Assembly (NCBI RefSeq): GCF_001194135.2
Contig: NC_068999.1
Span: forward strand, 11,460,197 to 11,496,905
DNA length: 36,709 nucleotides
Direction: 5' to 3'
Source: Octopus bimaculoides
Lineage: Eukaryota
Of the stretch, positions 22,281 to 34,779 are shown one piece after another (position 1 is the first letter of the stretch; each line of letters begins with the position of its first letter). A model generated the notes under the pieces. The model saw nothing but the letters and a program-made list of their open reading frames with translations. It was not told where the DNA came from and ran no database searches. The position numbers and the translations under genes are program-made.

Positions 22281-22980
22281 ATGAAATGATAAGTTGCGTC
22301 TTTGATGCCTTTCCAAGTAGTTTAAGTTCGCTCATTAATAAAGTGAAGCGAATTGGGGGCATTTAGAGTGGACTTGTTAGACTGAAACTCTAAGTAAGGC
22401 GGCACAATACATTTCTAATGGTGAAACATTGCTTGTCTGCGAGGTATGTATTGCAAAACTTAAGACACAACAATGTCCACAGAATGTTTTATCATTGTCT
22501 GCTTGTCTGCCTGTATGCCTGTCTTTCTGTCCGTTTGCCTCTGTGCTTGACATTCTATATATTATTCTCGCTGTCTCTGTCTCTTATTCTACTTGATATT
22601 CTCCCTCTCTCACTCACTCACTCACTCTCTTTATCCTTCTTCCCTATCTCTGTCTCGTTCTTCTTCTCCTTCCCCTCTCTGCCTCTCTTAGTCATTATTT
22701 GTTTCGGTGCTGTCATCTCCCTCTTTCATGTTCTCCTTGTCTCAGTCGATTGATTTGACATTGCCAATCTCTGTCCCCCTGTCTTTCTCATTTGCTCGCG
22801 TATGTTCTCCATTTTTTCTTTCCTTTGCCGTCTCTCTTTTCTTACTTCATCTCATTCTTACATTCTTATTTTTCTTCTTCGTACTTTCATTTTTTCTATT
22901 TCATGTTCGTCGTTTTTTTTTGTATATATATACATACAAACACACACACGCACACACACACAGACATACATACAAATATA
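22140..22980. repeat. (TCTA)n/(AT)n array followed by CT-rich polypyrimidine low-complexity sequence and (AC)n
   Basis: Read directly. Confidence 0.85.
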
Positions 22981-22985
22981 CATGG

Positions 22986-22992
22986 AGATCGG
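22986..22992 (+). other. Probable Illumina adapter remnant (AGATCGG) at a contig end
   Basis: The last 7 bases before the gap at 22993 equal the start of the Illumina adapter read-through AGATCGGAAGAGC. Confidence 0.6.
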
Positions 22993-24519
22993 NNNNNNNN
23001 NNNNNNNNNNNNNNNNNNNNNNNNNNNNNNNNNNNNNNNNNNNNNNNNNNNNNNNNNNNNNNNNNNNNNNNNNNNNNNNNNNNNNNNNNNNNNNNNNNNN
23101 NNNNNNNNNNNNNNNNNNNNNNNNNNNNNNNNNNNNNNNNNNNNNNNNNNNNNNNNNNNNNNNNNNNNNNNNNNNNNNNNNNNNNNNNNNNNNNNNNNNN
23201 NNNNNNNNNNNNNNNNNNNNNNNNNNNNNNNNNNNNNNNNNNNNNNNNNNNNNNNNNNNNNNNNNNNNNNNNNNNNNNNNNNNNNNNNNNNNNNNNNNNN
23301 NNNNNNNNNNNNNNNNNNNNNNNNNNNNNNNNNNNNNNNNNNNNNNNNNNNNNNNNNNNNNNNNNNNNNNNNNNNNNNNNNNNNNNNNNNNNNNNNNNNN
23401 NNNNNNNNNNNNNNNNNNNNNNNNNNNNNNNNNNNNNNNNNNNNNNNNNNNNNNNNNNNNNNNNNNNNNNNNNNNNNNNNNNNNNNNNNNNNNNNNNNNN
23501 NNNNNNNNNNNNNNNNNNNNNNNNNNNNNNNNNNNNNNNNNNNNNNNNNNNNNNNNNNNNNNNNNNNNNNNNNNNNNNNNNNNNNNNNNNNNNNNNNNNN
23601 NNNNNNNNNNNNNNNNNNNNNNNNNNNNNNNNNNNNNNNNNNNNNNNATATATATATATATATATATATATACAGGTAACACAGGCATGCACATAGATAC
23701 TTACATACGCATACACATAGGAACAAAGACATGATGCATTATATTGTCTCTTATAGATATAAAGTTACCACAACTCTACTACAAATGTTAACATTTCGAC
23801 AAGAACTTTTTCACCCCCTAGAACTAAGAAGTTTTTTTCATGTTGTATGAGGGGTATGGAAAGAAAAGAGAGGAGGTGGAATTAAGTGGATTGGAGAAGA
23901 GGAGGCGGTTAAGGTTCTACATCATTACCACCATTCTCTGAATTTCTATGAAAAGAGAGACTATATAGATACATAAAAAAACATACTTATATATATACTT
24001 CGATTTGTACATGAAACACATACGCACACACACAGACATATACATATCTACAAATGTATATAGTTAGATATAGAGATATATATTTATGTACGTATATATG
24101 TATATACGTATAAGTGTGTACGCGTGTAAGTGTGTGTGTGTTTGTGTGCGTGCTCGTGTGTGTGAATCTATACGCATCACTATATTATATAGTCAAAGAC
24201 AACAGAGCATACGCCACGACAGAAAAGCATTTTACGAGGACAGTATAAAAAGTATGGTGTCCTTTTCCAGTATCGTAGGACCCACAAAACTTTGGATTTC
24301 TTTTGACCGTTCCTTCAGCATTTTTTTATCGTTGCTTTTTTTTATTATTATTTAAACCTAAACAAAAGAAAAAAGAAACAAGTATCTACCCTGATATTCG
24401 TCACCCCATAACTTTCCTGACTCACGCAAAGAACATACTTTGTGCAACACATATATATATATCTGTCGCTGTATACGAAAATGTAAAATTGTCATGTTAT
24501 GGTGCGTGAATCTGACGCT

Positions 24520-24810
24520 GAATGCATGCATGTATGTATGTATGTATCTGCATGTATGTGCTTATTCGTGCAATTCTTTCTGTAGGCATAAACGTATGAA
24601 GAATTTTTGTACGCATGTCCAAACACGCCCATTGATACAGACGTATGTGTGCATATGCATATGTATATCATGTATACATATTATGGGTCTGCTGGTGTGT
24701 GTGAATATGTATATGTATAACCATACACATTTATGTAGATGTATATATGTGTATGTGTCTGTATATATGCACACAAACACACATACACACACACACACGG
24801 ACACACACGG

Positions 24811-24876
<66 letters not shown>

Positions 24877-24900
24877 TTATACATATACATACATATATGC
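24520..24900. repeat. Degenerate TA/TG/CA dinucleotide region containing (AC)n(AT)n(GT)n
   Basis: Read directly. Confidence 0.88.
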
Positions 24901-25019
24901 TGGGTAATGGAGTGCATACAGAGTTTCTGTTGAAAGAAAATAAAATATAACCCAATGATGGAAGCAAAGGCCGCGTGGATTATGTATCGTCATCTTTAAC
25001 ATCAACATATTCAAAGACA

Positions 25020-25198
25020 TCAGGATCACCACCACAACCACCACTACCACCACCACCTCCAGCTGCACACTAACCGTGCCACCATGACCAGCACCAACAC
25101 CGTTATCACAGCCTCCATTTACCAACACACCATCATCATCCTGACCACGATGACGATGATGACGAGAAGCAGTAGCAGCAGCAGAAGGGGCATCGTTG

Positions 25199-25234
<36 letters not shown>

Positions 25235-25620
25235 CCACCAGCATCATCTCAACATCGTCGTCGTCATTGCCGTGGTCATCATCAGCTACATCGCTGTTGC
25301 TGCTGTTGTTGTTGTTGACGTTCTCGTCGCTGTGCACGTCGTGGTAAATTCATTGTCCTCTTATTGCTCTTCTCGGCAATACCCTGCTTTTCATCCGCCT
25401 CCTTCAACACAATAGTCATCATCATCATCATCATCATCATCAGCATCATCATCATCATCATCGTCGTCGTCGTCGTCGTCTTCGTCATCATCATCATTAT
25501 CATCGTCGACGTCATCATCATCAGAATCATCACCACAAAAAAAACAACACCACCACCAACAACAACGCCAACAAACAACAGCACCAACAACAGTAATATC
25601 AACTACATCACGAATATTAC
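25020..25620. repeat. Degenerate (CAC/CAT/CGT/CAA)n triplet region
   Basis: Read directly. Confidence 0.9.
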
Positions 25621-25743
25621 AAGAATTCGACAAAACAGTCCTAAAATATTAACCTTCAAACTTAGGTAGCGTTTATATTTTTGTGGTTGTTGTTATTTTT
25701 ACATTTTTTTGTTTTTTTTGTTTTTTTGGGGTTTCTTTTTCAG

Positions 25744-25843
25744 ATATTCTTCAGTGCCATTACCAAAATGTCAACATGTCAAATATCATGGTATCCAAGA
25801 TTCTGGGGGCATCCTGGCTCTTGGATTCTTCTCATAAAGGAAG
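25744..25843 (+). other. Candidate internal exon (100 nt), product unknown
   Basis: A ~50-nt T-rich tract ending tttctttttcag| precedes it and AAG|gtacaa follows it. Two frames are stop-free across the segment. No protein family is recognised. Confidence 0.25.
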
Positions 25844-26049
25844 GTACAATATAGCCACTTTGGTTAGTCCTTTTCTCAAAGTTTAGAACGGCTGTTATTT
25901 TGCTTTTTTTTATGTTATTGCCGTTGTTGCTTTTGTTGTTCTTGTTGTTTTTATTAGATTTGCTGTTGTTTGTTTTACGTTGTTTATATGATTTATTTTG
26001 CTTTTTCTTTTTCTCGTTGTTATTCTGGAATCGATCTTGTTCTTGTGTT

Positions 26050-26118
26050 TAGCTGTTGTTGTTGTTTTTTATTCTCTTACTACCACTACTACCACAGCCG
26101 CTCCTGCTGCTCCTGCTG

Positions 26119-26190
<72 letters not shown>
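26050..26190. repeat. (GTT)n-(CTG)-(CTA)n
   Basis: Read directly. Confidence 0.93.
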
Positions 26191-26689
26191 GCTTTTTCAC
26201 TTCTCATCGTCTCTACTTTCGGAATTTTGGGGTCTTTTCTATCTTTTTCCATGCCACAGCAGTGCTTCATAAGCATCAAAATGATAACCACAGCAAAATT
26301 AAGAACGATGATAATGGGGAGGACGACGGAGGAGGTAGAGAATTGTTATTTTGATGACTGGTGTGGTTATTTTATTGATATTAATTATATATATATGCAT
26401 AACAATATCATTAAACATAATTATCATATAATTTATTGCTCTCGATGTTACTGGCCACTCATCCCTGTACTTCGGAGTTAAAACTGGAAGAATTTGCATC
26501 AAACATTCCCATAAGATCCCACTTTACTATCTCAAATAATAAGGACTTGGTATTAATTTCTGTCTCTTGAATCTGAGTAACTTACTGGGAGATGTAGAAT
26601 GCCTTCGTTAAAATATTTATTCAACTCTCTGCCTAAATAGACAGGCATATAAATGGCCGGAGTAGGAAGTGAAAGCTATTCTCTCTATG

Positions 26690-26719
26690 CTTCTCTTTCT
26701 CTTTCTCTTTCTCTCTCTC

Positions 26720-26782
<63 letters not shown>

Positions 26783-26945
26783 ATGTGTGTGTGTGGGTGG
26801 ATGTGTGGGTGTGTGTGTGTATGTATATATATGTATACATGCATATACACACTTGCATACATGATTACATACATACGCACACTCATAAGCACGCACACAC
26901 ACACAGAATACTGAGTAACGAACAAATAGATAAACCGATAGATAG

Positions 26946-26996
<51 letters not shown>

Positions 26997-27015
26997 GAGA
27001 GAGAGAGAGATACAC
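26690..27015. repeat. (CT)n-(AT)n-(GT)n-(AC)-(GATA)n-(GA)n cluster
   Basis: Read directly. Confidence 0.92.
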
Positions 27016-27589
27016 AGACAAACGGACAAGATTATAGAAATGCTTATTCAATAAATTAACAATCGTATATCTAATGCAATCGCACAGGCTAACTGCAGCC
27101 TGTTTGTGTGAAATTTCATAGTTCAGTTATCTTTAAGGATAAAGAAACTACCATTCATTCCGTTTGTTTTTGTTGTTAATGGTTTATTTAGTATTTGATT
27201 TTTTTTTTCTTTAACCAGATAAAATGTGATCGGATACAGCGGGTCATTTATCAATGACTGCTTTGTCATTGACATGCATTTTTCATTTAATCGTTTTCAT
27301 ACCTTCAGAATTACATTCATCATCTTTTTCTTTTTGATACTCATAAGACATAATATGTTTTCATCTACCTCAAACATGCTTAGCATTATTACACGGTGTA
27401 AGATACGTCAAAACTGAATTTTATATGTGTTGGTACAGCTTTAGAAATGAGTGTCTCCTAATTTTATTCTTCGTGACTCAGAAACATGAATAAGATATTT
27501 GGATTTGACTCACACACACACAGACACATAGACACAAACACAGACACACACACTCACACACACAAATATATATATATACACACACATAT

Positions 27590-27630
<41 letters not shown>

Positions 27631-27699
27631 GTATGTATGTTCCTGGGAGAGTCGTTTATTTGTTTGTGTGTGTATGTGTGTGTGCGTGTGTGTGTGCGT

Positions 27700-27924
27700 G
27701 GAGGCACATGGCGTGGCCTAGTGGTTAGGCTGTCAGCATCATGATCGTAAGATTGTGGTTTCGATTCCTTGACCGGGCGACGCGTTGTGTTTTTGAGCAC
27801 AACACTTCATTTCACGTTGCTCCAGTCCACTCAGCTGGCAAAAAATGAGTAACGCTGCGATGGACTGGCGTCCCGCCCGGCTGGGGAACACATACGCCAT
27901 TGAAACCGGGAAACCGGGCCCATG
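27700..27924 (+). mobile_element. tRNA-derived SINE, family C
   Basis: A box TGGCCTAGTGGTTAG and B box GGTTTCGATTCC, then tgtgtttttgagcacaacacttc...gcgatggactggcgtcccg...gaaaccgggaaaccgggccc, ending in (AT)n. The architecture is that of a tRNA-SINE and recalls an octopus repeat. Confidence 0.85.
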
Positions 27925-28279
27925 TATGTATATATATATATATATANNNNNNNNNNNNNNNNNNNNNNNNNNNNNNNNNNNNNNNNNNNNNNNNNNNNNN
28001 NNNNNNNNNNNNNNNNNNNNNNNNNNNNNNNNNNNNNNNNNNNNNNNNNNNNNNNNNNNNNNNNNNNNNNNNNNNNNNNNNNNNNNNNNNNNNNNNNNNN
28101 NGTGGTATTTTTATATAAGCTTAAAGCTTATGGTGATCAATGTCCAATGACTAAGGGAAATAGTCTAATAAAGGGGCATAGAAGCCCACGACAGAAAAAA
28201 AAAGGTGCCCATCCATGTGGGGCCTGAACCAGCGAGCCAAACCATTAGTACCGATATATATATATACACAATCATATAT

Positions 28280-28482
28280 TTTGTGTCTGTGTTTGTCTAC
28301 CCGCCATGAGTTGACAATAGATGTTATGTCCCTGTAACTTAGCGCTTCGTGAAAAGAGAACGATAGAATAAGTACTAGGCTAAGAAAGAATAAGTTCTCG
28401 GGTCGCTTTCTTCGGAAATAACCCTCTGACGCGCTGTTCCAGCTTGGCCGCAGTCAAAGTGAAAGAAACGTATAAAAAGATA

Positions 28483-28487
<5 letters not shown>
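28280..28487 (+). mobile_element. Family B SINE tail only, running into (GATA)n
   Basis: tgtgtctgtgtttgtc...tgtccctgtaacttagcg...gatagaataagtactaggct...gggtcg...ccagcttggccgcagtcaaa...taaaagataaaaga is homologous to 7620-7775. Confidence 0.8.
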
Positions 28488-28513
<26 letters not shown>

Positions 28514-28555
28514 TACATATGTATATATATATATATATATATATANNNNNNNNNN

Positions 28556-28602
<47 letters not shown>

Positions 28603-29389
28603 TGTATGTATATATATACATACATACAGAGGCGGAGGAGTTAATTAAATCATAAAAACAGCAAAAAATGACACTGGAAAAAATTAAAGAAGTTGAGAGT
28701 TTATGATGTCCATGTGAGCGAAATTTATATGGAAGGCAGTCTTTATAGCTACGTCTTTGACCGAAAGCAATTTCTCAGTCATGCACCCGCCAGTCAGTTA
28801 TTCTTTCTCAGCACCCTACACAGGAACGGTACCAGGTGCCTTTGTTTATCTTTCTTCTGCTGCTATTCTTCGCCCTTTTTGTATTCTTTCCTATGGAAAC
28901 AATCGAACAATTGTTTCGCAAATCGTCTAACCGAACAATTCGATCTATAGCACCATATTTATTCTTTCTCGATATTCGTTATTCTTGACGATGTTGCTCT
29001 GATTGTAAATTGCTAATGTGTATATTGTACGCACGATTTTACACGGACATAAAGGCACACACATACATACGCTTCCACTTGCGTATATATTCAAACATAC
29101 ATTGTCACATATTAATGTACGTATGATTAAACGTGTCTGAACGTATAATTGCTTGTAAATGTGTGTATGCATAAATATGTGCCTGTATGTGTAAGAGAGA
29201 GGGAGAGACAGGAAGAGAGGAGTTGTTATGTTATAGTGAGTCTGTACTCGCAGTTATTATTCCGAGAATGCATCCCATATATTACCACACGGTACAATTT
29301 ATAAACTTTTAGCTCTTGTAACTGGAAATAAGGATGAAGACACGGATGAGCAGGAAAAAAGCGTGGGGACAACGACGATGACGATGTTC

Positions 29390-29411
29390 GCATTATTATT
29401 ATTATTATTAT

Positions 29412-29460
<49 letters not shown>

Positions 29461-29670
29461 TGTAGTAGTTGTAGTAGTAGTAGTAGTAGTAGTAGTAGTA
29501 TTTCATCAATATCATTGCTTCTCGTAGTAGGAGATAAAATATGACAATAACAATTACAACAATAGCTGAAGAAATGGAAATATATTGCGCCTGGATTTAC
29601 CGTTTCTTTTTCGCAATCTCATTACATTTAATCCTGAAGTTAATACTTTAATAATCGTTACCCTCACCTT

Positions 29671-29761
<91 letters not shown>

Positions 29762-30276
29762 TTCAACGACCCTCGTGATCAGTGTCCTTGTTGTCATCAT
29801 CATCATCGTTGGCGACACGTCCTCGTCACCGTTAATAAGATGTTCTAATACATTTTGGATTCCAATTAATGTCTAATTTAAAATTTCTACGCTGATTTAG
29901 TTACAAACTGCAGAAATTACTTTCAGTATATCAGACGAGATGAAACCTCTCATAACATAGGAGAATCGCCGTTGTCGTCTTCATTGTTACCGTGACGTTA
30001 TCTTCTCCCTCATTCACCCGTTTCCTCTGTCCGTTATTTTCCCTTTCGCACCTTTCCTATCATCTTCTCCCTGTTTGTAGTCAGGGACAGGGTACTGATG
30101 GTTATCAACGTGGTTGCGGTTGTAGTGGTTGTGGTGGTTATGGTAGTTGCCGTTCTTGTTTTCATTGTCATCACAATAATCCGAATCTGAAACTTTCCCA
30201 TGGACGTTTTTGATATCAATAACCTGATAGGTTTCAGAAGTAGTATCGGAGACCTAAAAGATCTATGCGTGAAAAT

Positions 30277-30321
<45 letters not shown>

Positions 30322-30322
30322 G
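29390..30322. repeat. (ATT)n-(AGT)n (29390-29500), (CAT)n (29670-29762) and (AGT)n (30277-30322) arrays
   Basis: Read directly; unique sequence lies between the blocks. Confidence 0.9.
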
Positions 30323-31619
30323 TATAAAAATGTGATTTATGTGCAATTCTTGTTTCATATTCTTCTCAATCACCATGGAAATTCTTTCATTGATTGCCAC
30401 GAAACTATTAAAATTTATTGAAAGTAAACTCAAAAGCAACTACAAAAAAATAAAATTAATCATTTAATCGAAAATCTCCGCAACATAAACATTTATAACA
30501 GAGTTATAGAACACGTCTACATCTAACAGTAAATACTAACAATTTCTATATTAAGAGCAATGTCCAAATATTTAATAATAGGAATTAGTGATAATAAGAA
30601 TTAGTAATAATAGGAATTTGTGTCGAAACTATTAATTGATAGGTTTGACACTACTTATTATTTGTGCTGTTTGGGGACTGGCATGTCAATAAATAGTCCC
30701 AAAGTTTCCTTTGTTTCGTAAAAGTGGTTTGAAGGATTCTGATTTGCGACTTGTTTTGCGTTCTCGTAAAACCCTCACGAGCAACGATCACTCAAACAGA
30801 CCCAAGTGCTGGAGCTTTGTCGCCTGAGTGGTACAAAGACGTCATCTACCAGGTGTAAGGAATCACCAACCAATGGCGTATGCAACAACGGTCTGTTACT
30901 GTGCATGCCTCCACAGTACGATTTATTGATTGTTATTTCATTTTCTCTACCATAGAAGAGGCAAAGTGGAACACCGTGAACGAAAAAAATGCTCGCATGA
31001 TTTTGTTAATCCCAGCCTTTTAAAAGCCAATAGTAATTCCTTCTGATTCATGTACAAGGATAGTAACTTTTGAAGGAATGTGAGTTAGATGCCATCAGTC
31101 ACTGAACTTACTTGACTTGTATTTTTAGTTTATCAACTTGAATGGTTCATAGGGTAAGTTAATATTCGGTCTGGTTATACACAAAATGCAGAGACTATAT
31201 TCAGTGTATCAGGGAAGATGAAGCCTCTTTTAACAAGGAAGCGTGGCATCTTGAAAGAATGGAAAGACAAAATGTGATTGCGTAAAAGTATCAGATTTTA
31301 TTTATTACTATAAGTTTTATAGCCACTACTGTGTTGGAATAGAATTTGCAACGATAAAATGACTACTACCCTTCACTCATAGTACATACTGGTCTTCATC
31401 CAACAGACACTGGCCTTCTCATAACTATAGCGTCCACTACGATTAGTGGTGTGTTGGGGCTGATACAGAAGATTATACAATGTGACTACTTTTCATCCTA
31501 AATAAACTAACTATTGACTAATGATACACACACCGCTGGAAAATATTTATGTCCAGAAACTATATGTTATTTCAGCCCTTTCTTGACGAGTAATGATCTC
31601 GAGTAAGCACTACGATACT

Positions 31620-31659
31620 ATATAGATATCTATGCGTATGTATACATATATGTATATAC

Positions 31660-31732
<73 letters not shown>

Positions 31733-31743
31733 TATATATCTCT

Positions 31744-31791
<48 letters not shown>

Positions 31792-32406
31792 ATGTGTGTG
31801 TGTGTGCATATCAGTATATTTATATATGCATGTATATCATCACGTACATACACATATACGTAGATACATATACACATACATGTGTATGCGTGCGTGTGCG
31901 TTCATGCATGCACGTGGGAGTGCGTCTGAATTAACGTTACCCATGCGAAGGAGCATATAACTTTGTAAATGCATGTATTAAATTTTAAGACATAGATCAC
32001 GATTAACGTATAGATGCGGTTTGTTAATACTGAAGGAAAATTATTTGGAAATGCTTCAAAATATGAATTTTAGGCAGTTTATCAATAATGGAAACAATTT
32101 GAAATTGTGTCACATGAATCTGTTCCGTTCGAACCTCAATACACATGATGTGGTTATCGTTATACGAAAACATATGATGTTTGTATACTCTTACATGTGT
32201 AAATTGTTTGCGTGAACTAAGCGGCGTATTTCGATGGATATCAGGTTGCCTTGAAAATATCGTTCTAAATATTAATGCAATTAAGGTGTAGACATATCTC
32301 TTAAGTTCATCAAATGTTTTTATAGATTTCAATGAAATATTGCAATTCTCCGGGAGGGGGGGGGCACATCTCACATTTTGGAAACTAGCACACACANNNN
32401 NNNNNN

Positions 32407-32450
<44 letters not shown>

Positions 32451-33149
32451 GTGTGTATGTATGTAAATATATATACATATGGATATAGATGCATGTGCTT
32501 TTGTTTGTGTGTGTATGTGAGTATGTGTGCATGTTTGTATGTGGGTATGAGTGCATGTGTGTGTTTCTCTGACATGTCTGACAATGTCTTAAAGTATGTC
32601 CTAACGTTATTTTATGTTGGTATTATGGGCTGCAAATATTGTCATCCGACACGCGTAAGGCATACAGAAACATGTAGAGGATTATACTTTACATATACAT
32701 ACACACACACACACACACATACACAGATGCATGCACAAACATAGATACTTCTTTATATATATGTATATGTCTATATATGTGTACCAATATATATACATAC
32801 ATATGTTCGCCTATACATATACATATATACATATGTATATTTATATATCTATGTGTATATGTATATATATATATGTGTATATGTATATATATATATATAT
32901 GTGTGTATATGTATATATATATTTATATATATATATATATATATATNNNNNNNNNNNNNNNNNNNNNNNNNNNNNNNNNNNNNNNNNNNNNNNNNNNNNN
33001 NNNNNNNNNNNNNNNNNNNNNNNNNNNNNNNNNNNNNNNNNNNNNNNNNNNNNNNNNNNNNNNNNNNNNNNNNNNNNNNNNNNNNNNNNNNNNNNNNNNN
33101 NNNNNNNNNNNNNNNNNNNNNNNNNNNNNNNNNNNNNNNNNNNNNNNNN

Positions 33150-33181
<32 letters not shown>

Positions 33182-33182
33182 T

Positions 33183-33213
<31 letters not shown>

Positions 33214-33215
33214 CA
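31620..33215. repeat. (AT)n/(GT)n/(AC)n/(GATA)n arrays around two gaps, with a unique block at ~31920-32390
   Basis: Read directly. Confidence 0.85.
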
Positions 33216-34725
33216 TATATTTGCTTAGAACTTTCTAAACACATTTTCAATATCCGTAATTTCCAATGCTTGTAAGCGTTTTTGAGTGTAATTTAGAAAT
33301 ACACGCACTCACACGCACGCATGCACGCACGCTCGCACTCACACACATATATGAATATATGCGTATTAAGTATATTTAAGCTGATACAGACGCATAGAAA
33401 TATATAAAGATATGCATAAATAAACACACACACATACACACACACAATTTCACACACACCATACAAACACGTATATACAAACACGTATTTATAGTTTTTC
33501 CTTGTATAATGTTTTCCCTCTAATCGCAATGGCTTCCGTGTTAATTTCCACTTCAACATCTACCGGAACAAGCTTGCAAATGCATGCTGGGGTATATACC
33601 AGCAGGAGGTCCGGAATCCTGTTTCGGCAAATACACTTCCGTAATTCTGTTTGTCGTCCAAAGCATAACGAAAAATTAAAGAAGAAAGATTTTAAAAAAA
33701 GAGCTAAAAAAAAAACAGGATAGGCATGTTAGAACAAAAATCCATGAGAAGCTATAGGTCAGCCTTCGGCAATACATGAAACAATCCTTATGCTATATGA
33801 TGAGTAGATTCTGTATGTCTGTATTTGTACGTATGTGTATCTGTGTATACATATGAATATATGTCATTCTATCTGTAAGCATGCACGTATGGCACTGTCT
33901 GTATAATATTGTACGCTGTTGTATATCTATTCGTCAATATGTATATATATATANNNNNNNNNNNNNNNNNNNNNNNNNNNNNNNNNNNNNNNNNNNNNNN
34001 NNNNNNNNNNNNNNNNNNNNNNNNNNNNNNNNNNNNNNNNNNNNNNNNNNNNNNNNNNNNNNNNNNNNNNNNNNNNNNNNNNNNNNNNNNNNNNNNNNNN
34101 NNNNNNNNNNNNNNNNNNNNNNNNNNNNNNNNNNNNNNNNNNNNNNNNNNNNNNNNNNNNNNNNNNNNNNNNNNNNNNNNNNNNNNNNNNNNNNNNNNNN
34201 NNNNNNNNNNNNNNNNNNNNNNNNNNNNNNNNNNNNNNNNNNNNNNNNNNNNNNNNNNNNNNNNNNNNNNNNNNNNNNNNNNNNNNNNNNNNNNNNNNNN
34301 NNNNNNNNNNNNNNNNNNNNNNNNNNNNNNNNNNNNNNNNNNNNNNNNNNNNNNNNNNNNNNNNNNNNNNNNNNNNNNNNNNNNNNNNNNNNNNNNNNNN
34401 NNNNNNNNNNNNNNNNNNNNNNNNNNNNNNNNNNNNNNNNNNNNNNNNNNNNNNNNNNNNNNNNNNNNNNNNNNNNNNNNNNNNNNNNNNNNNNNNNNNN
34501 NNNNNNNNNNNNNNNNNNNNNNNNNNNNNNNNNNNNNNNNNNNNNNNNNNNNNNNNNNNNNNNNNNNNNNNNNNNNNNNNNNNNNNNNNNNNNNNNNNNN
34601 NNNNNNNNNNNNNNNNNNNNNNNNNCATTAGATGTAAGTAAGACACGAGCAAATATACCGGTAGCAACACAATGAGTAAACAACTACAGGAATAATTCAA
34701 TTACCATAATGGCGACGATGATACT

Positions 34726-34727
<2 letters not shown>

Positions 34728-34779
<52 letters not shown>

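Noticed and set aside
25104-25113. TATCACAGCC, identical to the 5' end of miR-2 family microRNAs
   Set aside because: The match stops after 10 nt, there is no hairpin partner, and it lies inside triplet low-complexity sequence.
27195-27260. Strong acceptor-like site ttttttttttctttaaccag|ATAAAATG
   Set aside because: All three frames hit stops within 13 codons and there is no convincing donor nearby.
28201-28250. Minus-strand tRNA-3'-half-like sequence (ggttcaggcccc…gggcacc) followed by a T run
   Set aside because: It lacks a 5' half and A box and has a degenerate T-loop, so it cannot form a cloverleaf. At most it is a decayed SINE or tRNA fragment.
28802-28845. Possible 24-nt micro-exon ttctttctcag|CACCC…ACCAG|gtgcct
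   Set aside because: The donor is weak and the segment is too short to assess without RNA data.
34626-34640. Perfect donor hexamer GTAAGT 8 nt after a gap, hinting at a hidden exon
   Set aside because: GTAAGT is frequent by chance in AT-rich DNA (also at 12582), and there is no visible exon to evaluate.
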